A stretch of 64,000 nt of DNA from Eledone cirrhosa (lineage: Eukaryota), in the NCBI GenBank assembly GCA_964016885.1, contig OZ024761.1, forward strand, positions 25,482,001-25,546,000. Direction: 5' to 3'. A model generated the notes under the pieces. The model saw only the letters and a program-made list of their open reading frames with translations. It did no database searches and was not told the DNA's origin. The first letter of the stretch is position 1, and every line of letters begins with the position of its first letter. Below are positions 27,687 through 44,236 of the stretch, one piece after another. Both the position numbers and the translations under genes were made by a program.

Positions 27687-27689
<3 letters not shown>
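27554..27689 (+). mobile_element. Fold-back family H element, short arms
   Basis: Inverted repeat 27554-27622 (GAAAATGTTC..GAACATTTTC) plus a tail with AAGTACTC; flanked by (TA)n. Confidence 0.75.
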
Positions 27690-27735
<46 letters not shown>

Positions 27736-28005
27736 GTATATATATATATATATGTATGTATGTATGTATTTGTGTTTGTGTGCGTGTGTGTGTGTGTGCG
27801 CGCGTGCGTTCGTTTGTGCGTATCTATGTGTGTCTATGTGTGTATGTGTGTGAATAATTATATGTGCACTGTATTTCCGTAGAAAATGTAAAGGAAAGAA
27901 GAGTGCTCTATGTATTGTACAGAGCTATTTAATTATCTAATAAACAACACATTATAATTATTCCGTTCGATTACCTAATGTTTCGTGAAACTAGACGATC
28001 TTAAT

Positions 28006-28336
28006 AGAGCTTTCACAATATATAAACAATCATCGGTTATCGAACCAACCTTTTAGTGAAAAACTAACAGGTACGTTTGTTTTTATTGGCAACATAAATC
28101 TTCTGAAGAATAACAGTATGTGTTGCAACACACTGTTTCAACAAATTCAAAAACGAAGTTTATATATATATATATTGTTATACTTTGGGAGGGTCATGTT
28201 GCCAATAAGAAACACACGCACCAGTTGCTTTCACTTCAATTTATTATAATAAATTTTTAAACTTAGGAATTTATAAATGTCTGGTTGGTTGGTTGGTTCC
28301 ACAACCAGATAGTTGTTTATATATTGTCAAAGTTCT
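28006..28336. repeat. Old degenerate inverted repeat
   Basis: ACAATATATAAACAA/TTGTTTATATATTGT, GAACCAACC/GGTTGGTTC and TTATTGGCAACAT/ATGTTGCCAATAA nested symmetrically. Confidence 0.65.
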
Positions 28337-28528
28337 TTCGTCACACATTCTGTGACCTATATAATTCTATATAACTGCTCTGTAGAACAACTGATATTAC
28401 ATTGAGCTATTTATCTTACTGGTAATAAGGTAGTAATAAATTACTGTCTTTCACTGTTTAGGGTTTAAAATATATATAACTATAAAAAGTTTTAGTATAT
28501 ACATAACCATAAATAGTATCCTTAATAC

Positions 28529-28560
<32 letters not shown>

Positions 28561-28561
<1 letters not shown>

Positions 28562-28761
28562 TTGAAAATTAAAATTGGCGCTCTGAAATAGCGATATATA
28601 TATGAATGTATATATAGTGTATTTTGCAATACACTGTATGCTTAATTCAAAGCATTTCGAAGACCTTATGCTATTTGTTTTAATTAAGCATACAGTGTAT
28701 TGCAAAATACAATGTATATACATTCATATATATATCGCTATTTAAGAGCGCCATTTTCAAA
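28561..28761. repeat. Fold-back inverted repeat adjoining (TA)n
   Basis: ~75-85 bp arms (GGCGCTCT..GTATGCTTAATT / AATTAAGCATAC..AGAGCGCC) around a ~34-nt spacer. Confidence 0.85.
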
Positions 28762-29379
28762 TTCTTCTTGACAGGCAACCGCTCTGTATAATCAGTTCCT
28801 GATTATTACTAGAAATTCTATAGGAATCAAACATTCATGATTTTCAGCAAACAGGTGGAGTACTTGGCTTTGATAAGTACCAATCGGTACGAAAGATAGC
28901 TCCTCTATTGATATGGTAATTCCATTTGAGTATCTTGCTCAAAGAGACTGACACATGTTAGAGCAGTGAAAGAACAACACTTTGAAAGAGAAGAAAGAAC
29001 GAAGTCAAGAACGAGGAGAACCAAACAACAAGACCAAGCAATTAATACTATAACTTTGCACTAACGTTGCAGCCTATGAACATTTCAGCTATCACTCGTT
29101 GCATCAGAGGCATTTAACATTTCTTATTTTTCTAAGATTTAAAATTCCTTATTTTTCTAAGAATTTAAAATTTGTATATGTTTCTAGCAATTTGTTGTAT
29201 GATCCCATAACATCTGATAGAGATGGGGGGAGCCGCGTAGACATACGGCGGTCATTGCGCATTTGTAAGCCTGCAGTTGCCCATCCTTCTCCAAGCACTA
29301 GTACAGCAGATTTCTTCTAGAGATAGATAGACAGCGACGAGAGCGCGAAAATATGGAAAAGATATCGAGAAAGATCTCC

Positions 29380-29530
29380 CCATTACTAGACTGGTACTTT
29401 TTCTATTGACCTCGAAAGAATGAAAAGCAATGTCGAGCTAGGCAGGATTTGAAATCCGAAACCAGAGCACCGGAACGAATAACATAAACCATTCTATCCA
29501 ACGGTCTAATGACTCTGCCAATCACAGCCT
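29380..29530 (-). mobile_element. Degenerate SINE family A
   Basis: CTGGTACTT..TTGACCTCGAAAGAATGAAAAGCAA. Confidence 0.75.
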
Positions 29531-30217
29531 ATGTCTACAATTACCTTGTAACAATTCTTAGTTCAGTCTTTGCGTGGTTAATTACTTTAGGTTTGGGTTC
29601 AATGGAAACATAATTTAGTCATATATAACAGAACGAAATTGTTACCTACAGGTACATATTCTACACTGTCATACACATCAAGGCCGTTAGCTATATATTT
29701 AATTCCTCGATTCATTGCATTGTGTGTGATTGTGTCTGGAAATAATGGAAACGTTATTGGGAAATAAAGTGTTGAATCGCTTTCTTTTAAGACATGAGTG
29801 TTGTCAGACATGTCAGAGGCGCTAACAAAACGTAGGTTATTTTGTCATTCGGAAAAACAGTTAAGTTTATGTTCAAAAGGAGATGATGCAGCTGTTGTAT
29901 ACTTGTCTGTATGGAATTCTCTGAAACGTATCAAAGAATCGTCTTTCAAATGTTTCGGAATTTTTACTTTCCTCAGGGCAGTTTCGTCTTTATTTAAATA
30001 GAAATGTGTTGTCTGCCACAACTGTACGTATGAGGTGATCAGACAAATGCGCAGGTTATTGATTTTAGCGAATTCAAATTATTTCTTCACCACCATGGAG
30101 TGTCTAAAGAAAGGATTTATTATAAATCTGTCCTAGTTTGTTTGGGCATTGAAGATATTCAACCCGACAGGATTTAATATGTAAAGAAACAGCAGCCATA
30201 TTGTCCATTAATATATA

Positions 30218-31172
30218 CATCCTTACGGAGTCGATAAAATAAAGTACCAGCAAACCATGGCGTTCAATTTAATCGTATTTCCCCTCCCCCCAAAATTACA
30301 GGCCTTGCGCCTAAATCAGAAAACATTATTATTATTAGTGAGGGCGATAGATTGGCAGTATCGGAAGAGGTTCGGACGCCATGCTTTGCAGCATAGAGTT
30401 AGGGCCCTTTATGATCTGAGTTCAAATCCCGCCGAACTTAAATTTGCCTATCATCCTTACGGGGTCGATAACAAAGTACCAGTCACACACTGGAGTCGAT
30501 TTAATCGACTTTCCCCTCCCCCCAATATTGCTGGCCTTGTGTGTATATAAGAAACTATTATTATTATTATTATTGGTGGATTGGCAGTATCGGTAGAGGG
30601 TCGGACGCCATGCTTTCCAGCATAGTTACGTCCCTTTACGATCTGAGTTCAAATCACGCCGAGGTTAACTTTGCCTTTCATCATTACGGGGTCGATAAAA
30701 TAAAGTAACACTAATGCACTCTGGGTAATTGCTGGCCTTGTGCCTAAAGTAGAAACACTTATTATTATTATTATTATTGAGGGCTGTGGGTTGGTAGTAT
30801 CGGTAGAGGGTCAGACAACATACTTTACAGCAGAGAGTTGAAATTCTACCGAGTTTAGCTTTACCTTTCATCCTTACGGCGTCGATAAATAAAGTACCAG
30901 TAATGTACTGGCGTGGATTTAATCGACGTTCCACAGCCCCCAAATTGCTGGCCTTGTGCCTATACTAGAATTCAGTATTGGTGCTGGATTCTCAGAATCG
31001 ATAGAGCGTCAGGCACCTTGATTTGAAGCGTAGATTTATGATCCTTTACATTCTGACTTCAATTCCGCCGAGGTTACCTTTGCCTTTCATTCTTACGGGG
31101 TCGATCAAATAAAGTACCAGTAATACACCGGGTTAATTGCTGGCCTTGTGCAAACATTAGAAACAATTATTA
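30218..31172 (+). mobile_element. Head-to-tail array of ~5 SINE family A copies
   Basis: Repeated cores joined by (ATT)n. Confidence 0.92.
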
Positions 31173-31208
31173 TTCGAAACTTACTTAGAAATCTGCTTCT
31201 TTCACATA

Positions 31209-31595
31209 TTCCACTTTTGGCACAAGGTCAGCAATTACCCCAGTTCCTTACTGGTACTTTATTTTATCGACCCCAAAATGATAAAATACAAAGTTCAACT
31301 CGGCGGAATTTGAATTCAGATCATAAAGGACCGTAACTCTATGCTGCTAAGCATGGCGTCCGACTCTCTACCGATACTGCCAAACCACTGTTTTTAAAAT
31401 TAATAATTGTTTCTACTTTTGGCACAAGGCCATCAATTATCCCAGTGTATTACTGGTGCTTTAGTTTATCGACCCCGTAAAGATGAAAGGCAATGTTAAC
31501 CTCGGCGGGTTTTGAACTCAGACCATAATGGGCCGTAACTCTTTGCTACAAAGCATGCCGTCAGACCCTCTACCAATACTGCCAATCCACCGCCC
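31209..31595 (-). mobile_element. Two SINE family A copies, inverted relative to 30218-31172
   Basis: Reverse-complement cores and heads. Confidence 0.9.
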
Positions 31596-31932
31596 TTTTT
31601 TAAAATTAATAATGCTCTTTTTTTTCAGTCCATGGAGAGTGCCAGTCTGCTATCATCACCATAACCATCAGCTTCACCCTCACCAACACTATCACCACCA
31701 TCACTATCATCAATATCACAACTAACACCACCTTCTCCGTCAGACCCTCTACCAATACTGCCAATCCACCGCCCTTTTTTTAAAATTAATAATGCCCTTT
31801 TTTTGTTCAGTCCATGGAGAGTGCCAGTCTGCTATCATCACCATAACCATCAGCTTCACCCTCACCGCCACCAACACTATCACCACCATCACTATCATCA
31901 CCATCATCAATATCACAACTAACACCACCTTC
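31558..31932 (+). repeat. ~180-195 bp tandem duplication including a SINE head
   Basis: CCGTCAGACCCTCTACCAATACTGCC..CACCACCTTC occurs twice. Confidence 0.9.
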
Positions 31933-32302
31933 ACCACCACCACCACCATCATCATCATCAACAGACAGCAGCATATTATTTGTTGAGGAATTCTACTTTC
32001 ACTAAAGTAGCTTCTTCCTTCTAGATACAATTGACAACTCGTTCTTTGTCAACTGATACAATACTCAGCTGGTTCTTGCTTTTTTTTCCCGACGAGCGAG
32101 ATTCTTTGAAACAAAACGAATGAGAAGAAAAGGAAATCATTCTTTGACTAGATTTTAATCAATAATTAATTAGAAACGTCTTTTTGCAACTTTGTATGGA
32201 TGTGTGTATGTGTGTTTGTGTTTATGAATGTCTGTGTATTATGTGTGTGTGTGTGTCTGTATTGTGTGTGTCTGTATTGTGTGTGTGTGTGTGTATGTGT
32301 AT

Positions 32303-32340
<38 letters not shown>

Positions 32341-33019
32341 TGTGCATGAATGGAAATCTGTAAGTGTGCGTATGTTTGTAAATGTGTGTGTGCATGAATT
32401 GATATGTGTGCGTCTGCGTATGTTTGTGAATAGCTATGTGTATGTGTGTGTATATGCTTGCATTTGTATTTGGTGTGGGGATTGTGTGTGTGGGTGTGGA
32501 GTTTGTGCGTGTGGGTGTGGGACTTGTGCGTGTGTATGTGTATATGTGTGGTGTATATGTATGTGTATATATATATATATATGCTTGTGTGTCTTTGTAT
32601 GTGTGTGGTGTGTATGTTTATGTGTATATATATATATGTGTGTGTGGTGTGTATATAATAGTTTATGTGTATGTAAGTGTGTGGTGCGTATGTGTATGTA
32701 TGTGTGTGGTACGTATGTGTACGTATGTGGTGTGTATGTATATGTGTGTGGTGTGTATGTATATGTGTGTGGTGTGTATGTATATGTGTGTGGTGTGTAT
32801 GTGTGTAAATATGTGTGTATATGTATGTGCTTGTGTATATGTGATATATATATATATGTGTGTGTGTTTAAGTGTATGAATGTGTGCGTATATATATATG
32901 TATGTGCCGTGTGTATTATGTGTATGTATACATATGTTAATAGCATTGCTGTTGTTATTGTTGTGTTTTGTATGTATATATGTGTGTGTTTACGTATGTG
33001 TGTGTGCTTCATTATTTCA

Positions 33020-33175
33020 TTCATTGCCATGCTTTGCAGCATAGAGTTATGGCCCTTGCCATTTAACCTCCCACCGAGGTTAACTTTGCCTTTCAACCTT
33101 ACGGGGTCGATAAAATAAAGTACCAGTAATACACTGTGTAATTGCTGGCCTTGTGCCAAAAGTAGAAATAATTAT
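33020..33175 (+). mobile_element. SINE family A
   Basis: Core and 3' end present. Confidence 0.88.
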
Positions 33176-34439
33176 TTCCTTCATTGCATTCAATCTTTAG
33201 TTTGAATGCAATGTATTTTTATAATTAAACTATACTTTTTGCTATGTTTTATTGTCATTCATGTTTTTTTTATATTGTGGTTTATTGTTAATATTCCTAA
33301 TTTTGTATTTTTATTTTATTTTATTCCTATAATTTGTTGCCTTTTTTTTTCTCAGATATTTTTTCTCCTATATTTTTCTGTTATATAATTTTTTCTCATA
33401 TATTTTTTTGTTATATTATTTTTTCTCCTATATATATTTTTTCTTATGTTTTCTATAATATATATTTTTCTCATATTTTTTCTCCTATATCTTTTCTATT
33501 GTATATATTTTTTTCTATATTTTTTTTATTATATATGTATTTTTCTTATACTATTTATTTCTCCTATATTTTTACTATTATAGATATATTTTTTATATTG
33601 TTTTCTCCCTTAGATGTTTCCCCTATATTCTTTCCCTTATATTCTTTCCCTAATATTTTTTCTCTTATATATATTTTTTCTTATATTGTTTTTTCCGTTA
33701 GATTTTTTCGCTTATATTCTTTCCCTTATATTCTTTCTCTAATATTTTTTTTCTAATATATGTTTGTTCTCATATATATTTGTTCTTTAATTTATTTAAG
33801 CCTAGTTCCAAGGACATTTTTGAAAATATTTTCAGAAGAAGAGGAATACATCGCAGAGTAATGATGCTAGATCAAAACACAACAAGAACAACAACAGCAT
33901 TGCTATTAACAGATGATGATCCTAGATCAAAACTCAACAACCATAACAACATCATCAACTAGAACAACAACAACAATGCCACTAACAGATGATGATCCTA
34001 GATCAAAACAACAACGACATTAACTAGAACAACATTAACTAGAACAACATTAACTAGAACAACAACAGCAATCACACTAACAGGTAATGATCCTACCTCA
34101 AACCACTGCAACAACAAGAACACCAACAAATGCACTATCAGCAACACCAACAAATGCACCATCAGCAACAACAACAAACGAGAACAACAGCAGGAAAGAC
34201 AATACAAAATAAAAGAAATAACGATAGCTAGTTCAGAAATAATCAACAATGGAATTAAATATGTGGGAAACCCATAGGAGTTATGGACCCGACTCCAGTA
34301 ACCATCTACTCCTCAGACTGGTGATGCGATACAAGATATATATATATTAATTTCGAAAACACCACACCGCATCGAGCTTTTAATCACGCCGGTAAAGGAG
34401 CTTAACTGCTTCAGTTAATAATATTAATACTACTACTAC

Positions 34440-34490
<51 letters not shown>

Positions 34491-34494
<4 letters not shown>

Positions 34495-34933
34495 CAGTTA
34501 TTAGGATTATTCCAAAGCTTGGTAGAACAAGTTGTGAGGAAAGTTCTCAACATACGTTAAGGTGACTCGACAGGTTGGTAGGGATTCTGTAGTGGAAACA
34601 CGAACAAACGAGGAGTGTAATCAAAGAAGAGAAATAGGACGAAGGTAAACAGTTACAAAAGAATTTAATCCACGTATTAACAATTGTTTCATCAGCATTT
34701 CAGTCCATTATTGCTACACTATGTTATAATAGGCAATCAAGAAAGATACTGTGGCATCTAAATTTTCAAAATACAACTTTGTATTTTGAAAATTCGGATG
34801 TCACAGTATCTTTCTTGATTGCCTATTATAACACAGTGTAGCAATAATGGACTGAAATACCTGATGAAACAATTGTTAATACGTGGATTAAATTCTTTTG
34901 TAACTGTTTACCTTCGTCCTATTTCTCTTCTTT
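34491..34933. mobile_element. TA-embedded asymmetric fold-back element (PLE-like)
   Basis: ~154-bp arms 34623-34933 around a 2-nt loop at ~34778; GAAACAATTGTT (hammerhead 3' half-like) in the arms; tail at 34491-34622. Confidence 0.8.
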
Positions 34934-34939
34934 ATATAT

Positions 34940-35101
34940 AAGGGCGATGGATTGGCAGTGTTGGTATAGAGTTACAGCCCTTGCCATTCTGAGTTCAAAT
35001 CCCGCCGAGATTAACTTTGCCTTTCATCCCTACGGGGTCGATAAAATAAAGTACCAGTAATGCACTGGATAATTGCTGGCCTTGTGCCAAAAAGTAGAAA
35101 C

Positions 35102-35107
<6 letters not shown>
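34940..35107 (+). mobile_element. SINE family A
   Basis: Head, B-box, core and 3' end present. Confidence 0.9.
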
Positions 35108-35132
<25 letters not shown>

Positions 35133-35944
35133 TTGAGTACCTTACTTACTGTGGTTACCTCCGATTCAACCCGGAATAACGTATATATATATATATATAT
35201 ATTAATAAAAGGAATTCCAACTTCGTCTGATTTACTCGTTTTATTTACAATCCTTTAGAATGTATAATGGTATTATAATGGTATTATAATGAGAGAGAAC
35301 GACGCCAACACTGTCTGTATGTGTAGTGAGACTCTGACATAGATATAGATACGGGTTAGTACGGGGTAAGGACAGAACAATAGAAAAAAACATCAGACCG
35401 AATGAAAGGAGGAGAAATGCCAAGCAACAATCTGAATAAGTTGAATCCGTTCATAAGAACTTGTAATTAATACTAAAATTTCGCACTAATTAATAAGAAC
35501 ACACAAGTGTAGAACATTTTCGCAACATCGTAAGAATAGTTGTTATAAATTTATCTCATTTTTAATTAACTAAAATCTTTGGACACTTACCAAGAAATAT
35601 ATAATTATGTTTCTAACTCAATTGAAAGTACAGCAATAATGAATAATATAATGAAAGTATAGATATAATGAACCAAACAGCGAAGAATATAATTTTAATG
35701 AATAACGAACGAATATATATATATATATATATGAGCAATACATTTATAAGCATGTATGTATAAATGCGTGTATATATGCATATGTGTGTATATATATATA
35801 TATACATATTTATTTAGTCATGTATATGCACACATATATTAGAGAATGTTTTTCATTCCTTTTTAATTGGTGATTATACTCCAATATCATGTTAGGTTAA
35901 AAATATATACTAAGTTATCGATCTATATATCTACCTAGTTATTG

Positions 35945-36011
<67 letters not shown>

Positions 36012-36030
36012 CATATATATAGAGAGAGAT

Positions 36031-36289
36031 ATATCACAGAAAAGGAAAATCTGCTTCGTAGAATCGAGACGTATTTGACGACCGTGTTGATTTCAGAGTC
36101 AGGTGTGATCACCATATCGATCGTGCCTCGAGCTGATCGCACAAAAGATATTTGTAGTATGTCCAATACATTCCGTTCGTCGCAAAACTGATTCTCTTTT
36201 TTCTGTGATATCATACTCTGCTGTACGAGGGCATTGAGTGCTTATACGGCCTACCACATACGGACGCTTTAAGCAACCAACACCAATTA

Positions 36290-36290
<1 letters not shown>
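36031..36290 (+). mobile_element. Degenerate TA-embedded fold-back element, homologous to 62760-62985
   Basis: ATATCACAGAAAA..TTTTCTGTGATAT inverted repeat plus a tail with GAGTGCTT and TACGGACGC. Confidence 0.65.
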
Positions 36291-38860
<2,570 letters not shown>

Positions 38861-39089
38861 TGTTTATGGGTGTACATAACAGAATGAGTGTAGACATGCC
38901 AATACGTGATTAAGTGTTGGCTGGACGGAAGTGAAGGAAATTGAACAGATAGACATCTGACAGCTCAGACATAGTATCGAGTGCAGAGCAGACAATCACT
39001 GGATCACCACCAACTTCATCACCTCTTATATATCACGACTAATATTAGTACTACTAATAACACTAATACTAATAATACTAATAATACTT

Positions 39090-39535
39090 TCATACTCTAT
39101 GTACAAGATCGGTAATGTTGTAGTTAGGGAAACGTCGAGTAAATCGATCCGAGTTCATTACTGGTACTTTATTTTATCGAGCCTGTAAGGATGAAAGACA
39201 AATCTTAACATCGGCGGGATTTGAACTCAGACTGTAATGGGCCATAACGCTATGCTACAAAGCTATACCGATACTGGCAATCGACCGACCCCTAATTGTA
39301 ATAATAATAATAATACTAATTTCTAGTATAGGAACAAGGCCAGTAATTTAGGGGGAGGGGAAGTCGAATAAATCGACCCCAGTACTTTACTGGTGCTTTA
39401 TTTTATCGCCCCTGTAAGGATGAAAGGCAAATTTACCCTCGGCGGGATTCGAACTCAGGCCGTGAAGGAACATGACTATGCTGTATAGCCCGGCGTCCGA
39501 CCCTCCAGTGATACTGCCAATCTACCGACCTTAAT
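39090..39535 (-). mobile_element. Tandem dimer of SINE family A
   Basis: Two reverse-complement cores. Confidence 0.88.
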
Positions 39536-40568
39536 AGTACCAATAATAATCACACCGCCTTTCATGTCACTAGTAATACTTAAGTATCAGCAATATTAAG
39601 AATTATTCACGAATATCTCCTACACGTTTGCATTCAATGCTTAGCCTGTCCAATTAGAGGAGGAGGGCTACGATGTAAACGTATTGTCCAAAATCAGAAT
39701 TATTTTCAAATAAATAATTCCCAATCTATAATTATATAACTTTAATAGAAATGAATGTGTATATCGATTGTCGAAATACTTTCGGATACCATATAAAGTA
39801 GAATCTATCTAATGGAGTTTTTCTTAGCTTACTAGAGATTTCGAGATTGCTTACGTATGGGTGTGTACATGGGGCTTCTGTGAATAGTAATTCCTCCAGA
39901 CTAAATTATGTATACAAACACACAATCTCGCTCTCTCTCTCTCATTTATATATATAATAATAAAAATACTCACATAAACCGATATAATATAAAGAAGACA
40001 CAAGAATACACGTTTTGAACATTCACGTTGTTTGATTACGATTATCTTTCAAATGAAAACAAATATCAATAAATATATATGTATATATATACAAATATGA
40101 ATATATATATGTGTATGTAAGCTAAAATTAAATAAATGTGTGTGTGTGTGTGTGCATGTGTGTGGTATGTGGGTGTCTGTATTGATTTTTTTCCTTATCA
40201 AATAATATTATATTCTAGGTTTATTATTTCCTAATAATTTTTTCTAAATATTATTTTGTTAGGTGTAATTTAAAGATGTTTAGCAGCCATTTTTTTCATG
40301 CAATTGTCTTCCATTATATGTTCGTTATTTTTTTTTTGTAGATAATTTTATTCTAAAAATCAGTGTGAAAAATGAAGTGAAGAAATGAAATATTAAAGCC
40401 ATGATAACAATATTAATAAATGTAATAATTCAATAAAATATGGAAATATGTGATAAACCTTGCAGAATGCGTCACAAGCATCCTTGCATACATACACACA
40501 TTTATGAATACCTATATGCATTTATATATACACACATGTACACACAATTACATATGCGACAGCACATA

Positions 40569-40617
<49 letters not shown>

Positions 40618-40689
40618 CCTTACGTACGTACATACATGTATATAAGCAAGTATGTTGATAGAAACCGCAACAAGAAAGAGAATCGACCG

Positions 40690-40774
<85 letters not shown>

Positions 40775-41681
40775 CATTTAATATATAGAATTCCTGTAGG
40801 TAATTCCAGCCATTTCTAGATTCGGGTCATTCCAACCTAATATTCTATTTCTGAACGATTTTTGCAAATCCACACAAAATGACACGTGGAGATGACAAAT
40901 TTAAATACGAAGCAATATAAAACAAAATATATATAGTATTAACAAATATAAAATTAAATATATATAATAGAACATTATCACATATAAAATAAATATAATA
41001 TTACCAAAATTAAAATTAAATAAAATATTTTTTAAAAATTAAAATGAAACAACTAAAAATATTATAATATATAACATTAAATTAATGAAAAATAATATAT
41101 AAAATTAACCAAAATATTATCAAATACAAAATTTGAAAAACATACTATTATCAAATACCAAATAAAATAACAAAAAATGTTATAGAATATATCATTTAAT
41201 TTTATATGTTTTCATATATATTTATTTAATCAGTACATTATATATATATATATAATGTTCAATAAATACATATGTACTACAATTACATAACTACACATAT
41301 GTGAAATTGAATAACTATATATATATATATATATATATTATTATATAAAATTAAATAAATAAATATTTTAACATTTACATGTTACAAATAAAATACTCCT
41401 GTGACTTTTGTTCAGAATCCTTACGGGTGAAGATGCTGTGCTGATAAACTTTGTGTGTCGTTGTGTTGGTGGCAAATATTTAGATATGGTTGAAAATATC
41501 TAGATATATTCATGAATATGTGGTGGTAAAGGTAGAAAAATCGATAATAATGACGTCATAATTGCTATACTTTTTACAGACGAAGGCTATGATGTGGTTG
41601 AAGATGATGATGATAATGTAGACGAAGGCAACTATCATAAAGATGATGATTATTATGATCATGAGGATTAAGTATAGAGAA

Positions 41682-41836
41682 TTAATAATTGTTTCTACTT
41701 TTTGGCACAAGGCTAGCAATTACTCAAGTGCATTACTGGTACTTTATTTAATTTACCTCGTAAGGATTAAAGTCCAAGTTAACCTCGGCGGCATTTGAAC
41801 TCAGAACGTAAAGGGCCATAACTATGCTACAAAGCA
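41682..41836 (-). mobile_element. SINE family A
   Basis: Reverse-complement core. Confidence 0.85.
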
Positions 41837-41859
41837 ATAAATGAAATTATTATTAATGT

Positions 41860-42510
41860 TAGGGCGGTGGATTGGCAGTTTAGAGAAAGCGCCAAAGAAA
41901 ATGCAAAAGTTACGACTATTTACATTCTAATTTCAAATCCCACAGAGGTTAGCTTTGCCTTTCATCCTTCCGAGGTCATTAAAATACAGTACCAGTAATA
42001 CACTGGGTACTTGCTGGCCTTGTGCCTAAACGAGAAACAATTATTATTATTATTGTTGTTAGGGCGCCAACATTATACTGGAGTCGATTCAATCGACGTC
42101 CCCCTTTCGCAAAATTGCTGCCCTTGTGCCTAAATCAGAAACCATTATTATTATTTTTATTAGGGCGGTGGATTGGCAGTATCGGTAGAGGGTCGGACGC
42201 CATGGTTTCCAGCATAGTTACGTCCCTTTACGATCTGAGTTCAAATCCAGCCGAGGATGACTTTGCCTTTCATCCTTACGGGGGTCGATAAAATAAGGTA
42301 CCAGTAATGCACTGGTTAATTGCTGGCCTTGTGCCTAAACTAGAAACAATTATTATTATTATTATTGTTGTTAGGGCGCCAACATCATACTTTGGAACAT
42401 AGTTTCGTCCCTTTATATCGTTAGTTTTGCCTTTCATTCTTACAGAGGTCCATAAAATAAAGTAGCAGTATCGCACTGGAAATGATTTAAGCGATTTCCC
42501 CTCCTCAACA
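41860..42510 (+). mobile_element. Array of 3-4 SINE family A copies or fragments
   Basis: Repeated cores; TTGTTGTTAGGGCGCCAACAT junction duplicated. Confidence 0.88.
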
Positions 42511-42799
42511 TTCTTAAACATCTATCTATTTGAGAAACCATTAGAGGTTTTATTGTTATGGAGGAGTTGCCCGGTAAAATAAATGTTAGAGTGTTTTACG
42601 CAATGTCTTGGTGGTATTTAATTCGACACTTGTTAAAATTCCGCTGGAGTCGACTTTGAATTCCAACTATTTCAACAATCTGATATCGAGAAAAAAGTAT
42701 CAATAACATACTGGTATCGATATAATTCGCTCTGATCGATCGAAAAGGTGCCAGAGCTCATTCTCTTGCTGATTTGAGTGTACTTCGACAAATACGAAC

Positions 42800-42988
42800 A
42801 AGGAACCAAGGTTTCCATTGGTCATTCCATTGGTGATACTATTTACCGATCACAATTCCTGGCAGAAGGAGCAACGTGAAATAAAGTGTCTTGCTCAAGG
42901 ACACTACGCTTCACCCGGCCCGAGAATTGAACTTACAACCTAACGATTGGGAATTCAACTCTCTAACCACGAAGTCACGTGACTCCTT
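42800..42988 (-). mobile_element. tRNA-derived SINE, family B
   Basis: GAGCAACGTGAAATAAAGTGTCTTGCTCAAGGACAC plus head. Confidence 0.8.
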
Positions 42989-43205
42989 ATGATGGCGTTA
43001 TAAACGTATTAAAATTTGTTTCTCTTAAAAATGTTTTGATTGGTGCCAAAATTAAAGAATATCAAAATACCTTATTAGCCGTTTCATTAGCGAATTTCTC
43101 TAGCGAGAGGTAAAATGTTTTGCTGTACTTAATTAAAATTAATTTTGTTCTTCGAGCATATTACTCCCATATAAAATGTGCCTTTTCCCCACTCGGATAA
43201 GGGCA

Positions 43206-43486
43206 TTAACATCTTCCGTGCCATAGACGAGATAACTCGATCTTACATGTATACATTCCAGTGCCAAGGATGAGATAACTCGTCCTAAGATGTTTGAACT
43301 CGTTTCGAACAGTTCTAGCTTCGAAGGCTGATGAGGTTACTAGTTTCTTCATGTGACGTTTGTCAATCATTCAGATATGTGTTGCTAATAATTTTTTGTT
43401 TAAAAAAAATATAGTAATGTTGCTGAAAAACAACCCGACATAGTAAATATAGCTGTGTCAAATATACGCGGAAATCAACAGGTTAA
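43206..43486. mobile_element. Possible piggyBac-type MITE remnant
   Basis: TTAA at both ends and two subterminal GTGCCA..GA(C/T)GAGATAACTCG repeats; terminal inverted repeat match is poor. Confidence 0.3.
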
Positions 43487-44196
43487 ATACACTTCTTGTT
43501 TTCACATGATCAACTTTAGTCATCCCCTCAAATTGCTGGCCTTTTGCCTCTATGAGAAACCATAATAAATACTTGCTACTTTTATAGTTTTATATTTAAA
43601 ATGTACAATTTGGAAATATATGTTGCGATTCTTGTTCATTTGTGAAGTCGTTGTGAATAAGAAGTAGATGGAATATTTAAAAAACAATAAACATAGCAGA
43701 GATTTACAATAGAAGCAAAATCGAATTAAATTTGAAATTAGCATTAAATTTAATACCATTTCCCCGTTTCTCTTTATTATTCCTCTCCATATATATGTGT
43801 GTTTAAGTATATAAATATGTGCGCGTGTGTGTTTGCGTATACTCATATGTATGTATGTATGTATGCGTGTATATATATATATATATATATATATATGTGC
43901 ATGCACAAACAGAGACACACACACATATGCATAGATATATACGTTGGTTTGATCATATACATACATATATGTGTATCTGTGTGTATATATCTTTATGTGC
44001 TTGTGGTATATATATATTCACACACATACACGTATGTATATGTGTGTGTGTGTGTGTGTGTGGTTATATATCACTATGTGCGGCTATTTACACACACATA
44101 TATATTTCACTATCTCTATATCTCCGCCATTTCACTCTCTTCGAAAACAATAACAGATAAATATATAATAAAAAAATAATACACATATAATTTAAA

Positions 44197-44236
<40 letters not shown>

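Noticed and set aside
29599-29811. PIF1/Helitron helicase C-terminal motif (FPI..TI..GLDV)
   Set aside because: Resemblance is too weak; the key SQG and YVA.SR residues are absent
43328-43350. CTGATGA hammerhead core
   Set aside because: No downstream stem II-GAAA-stem III arrangement
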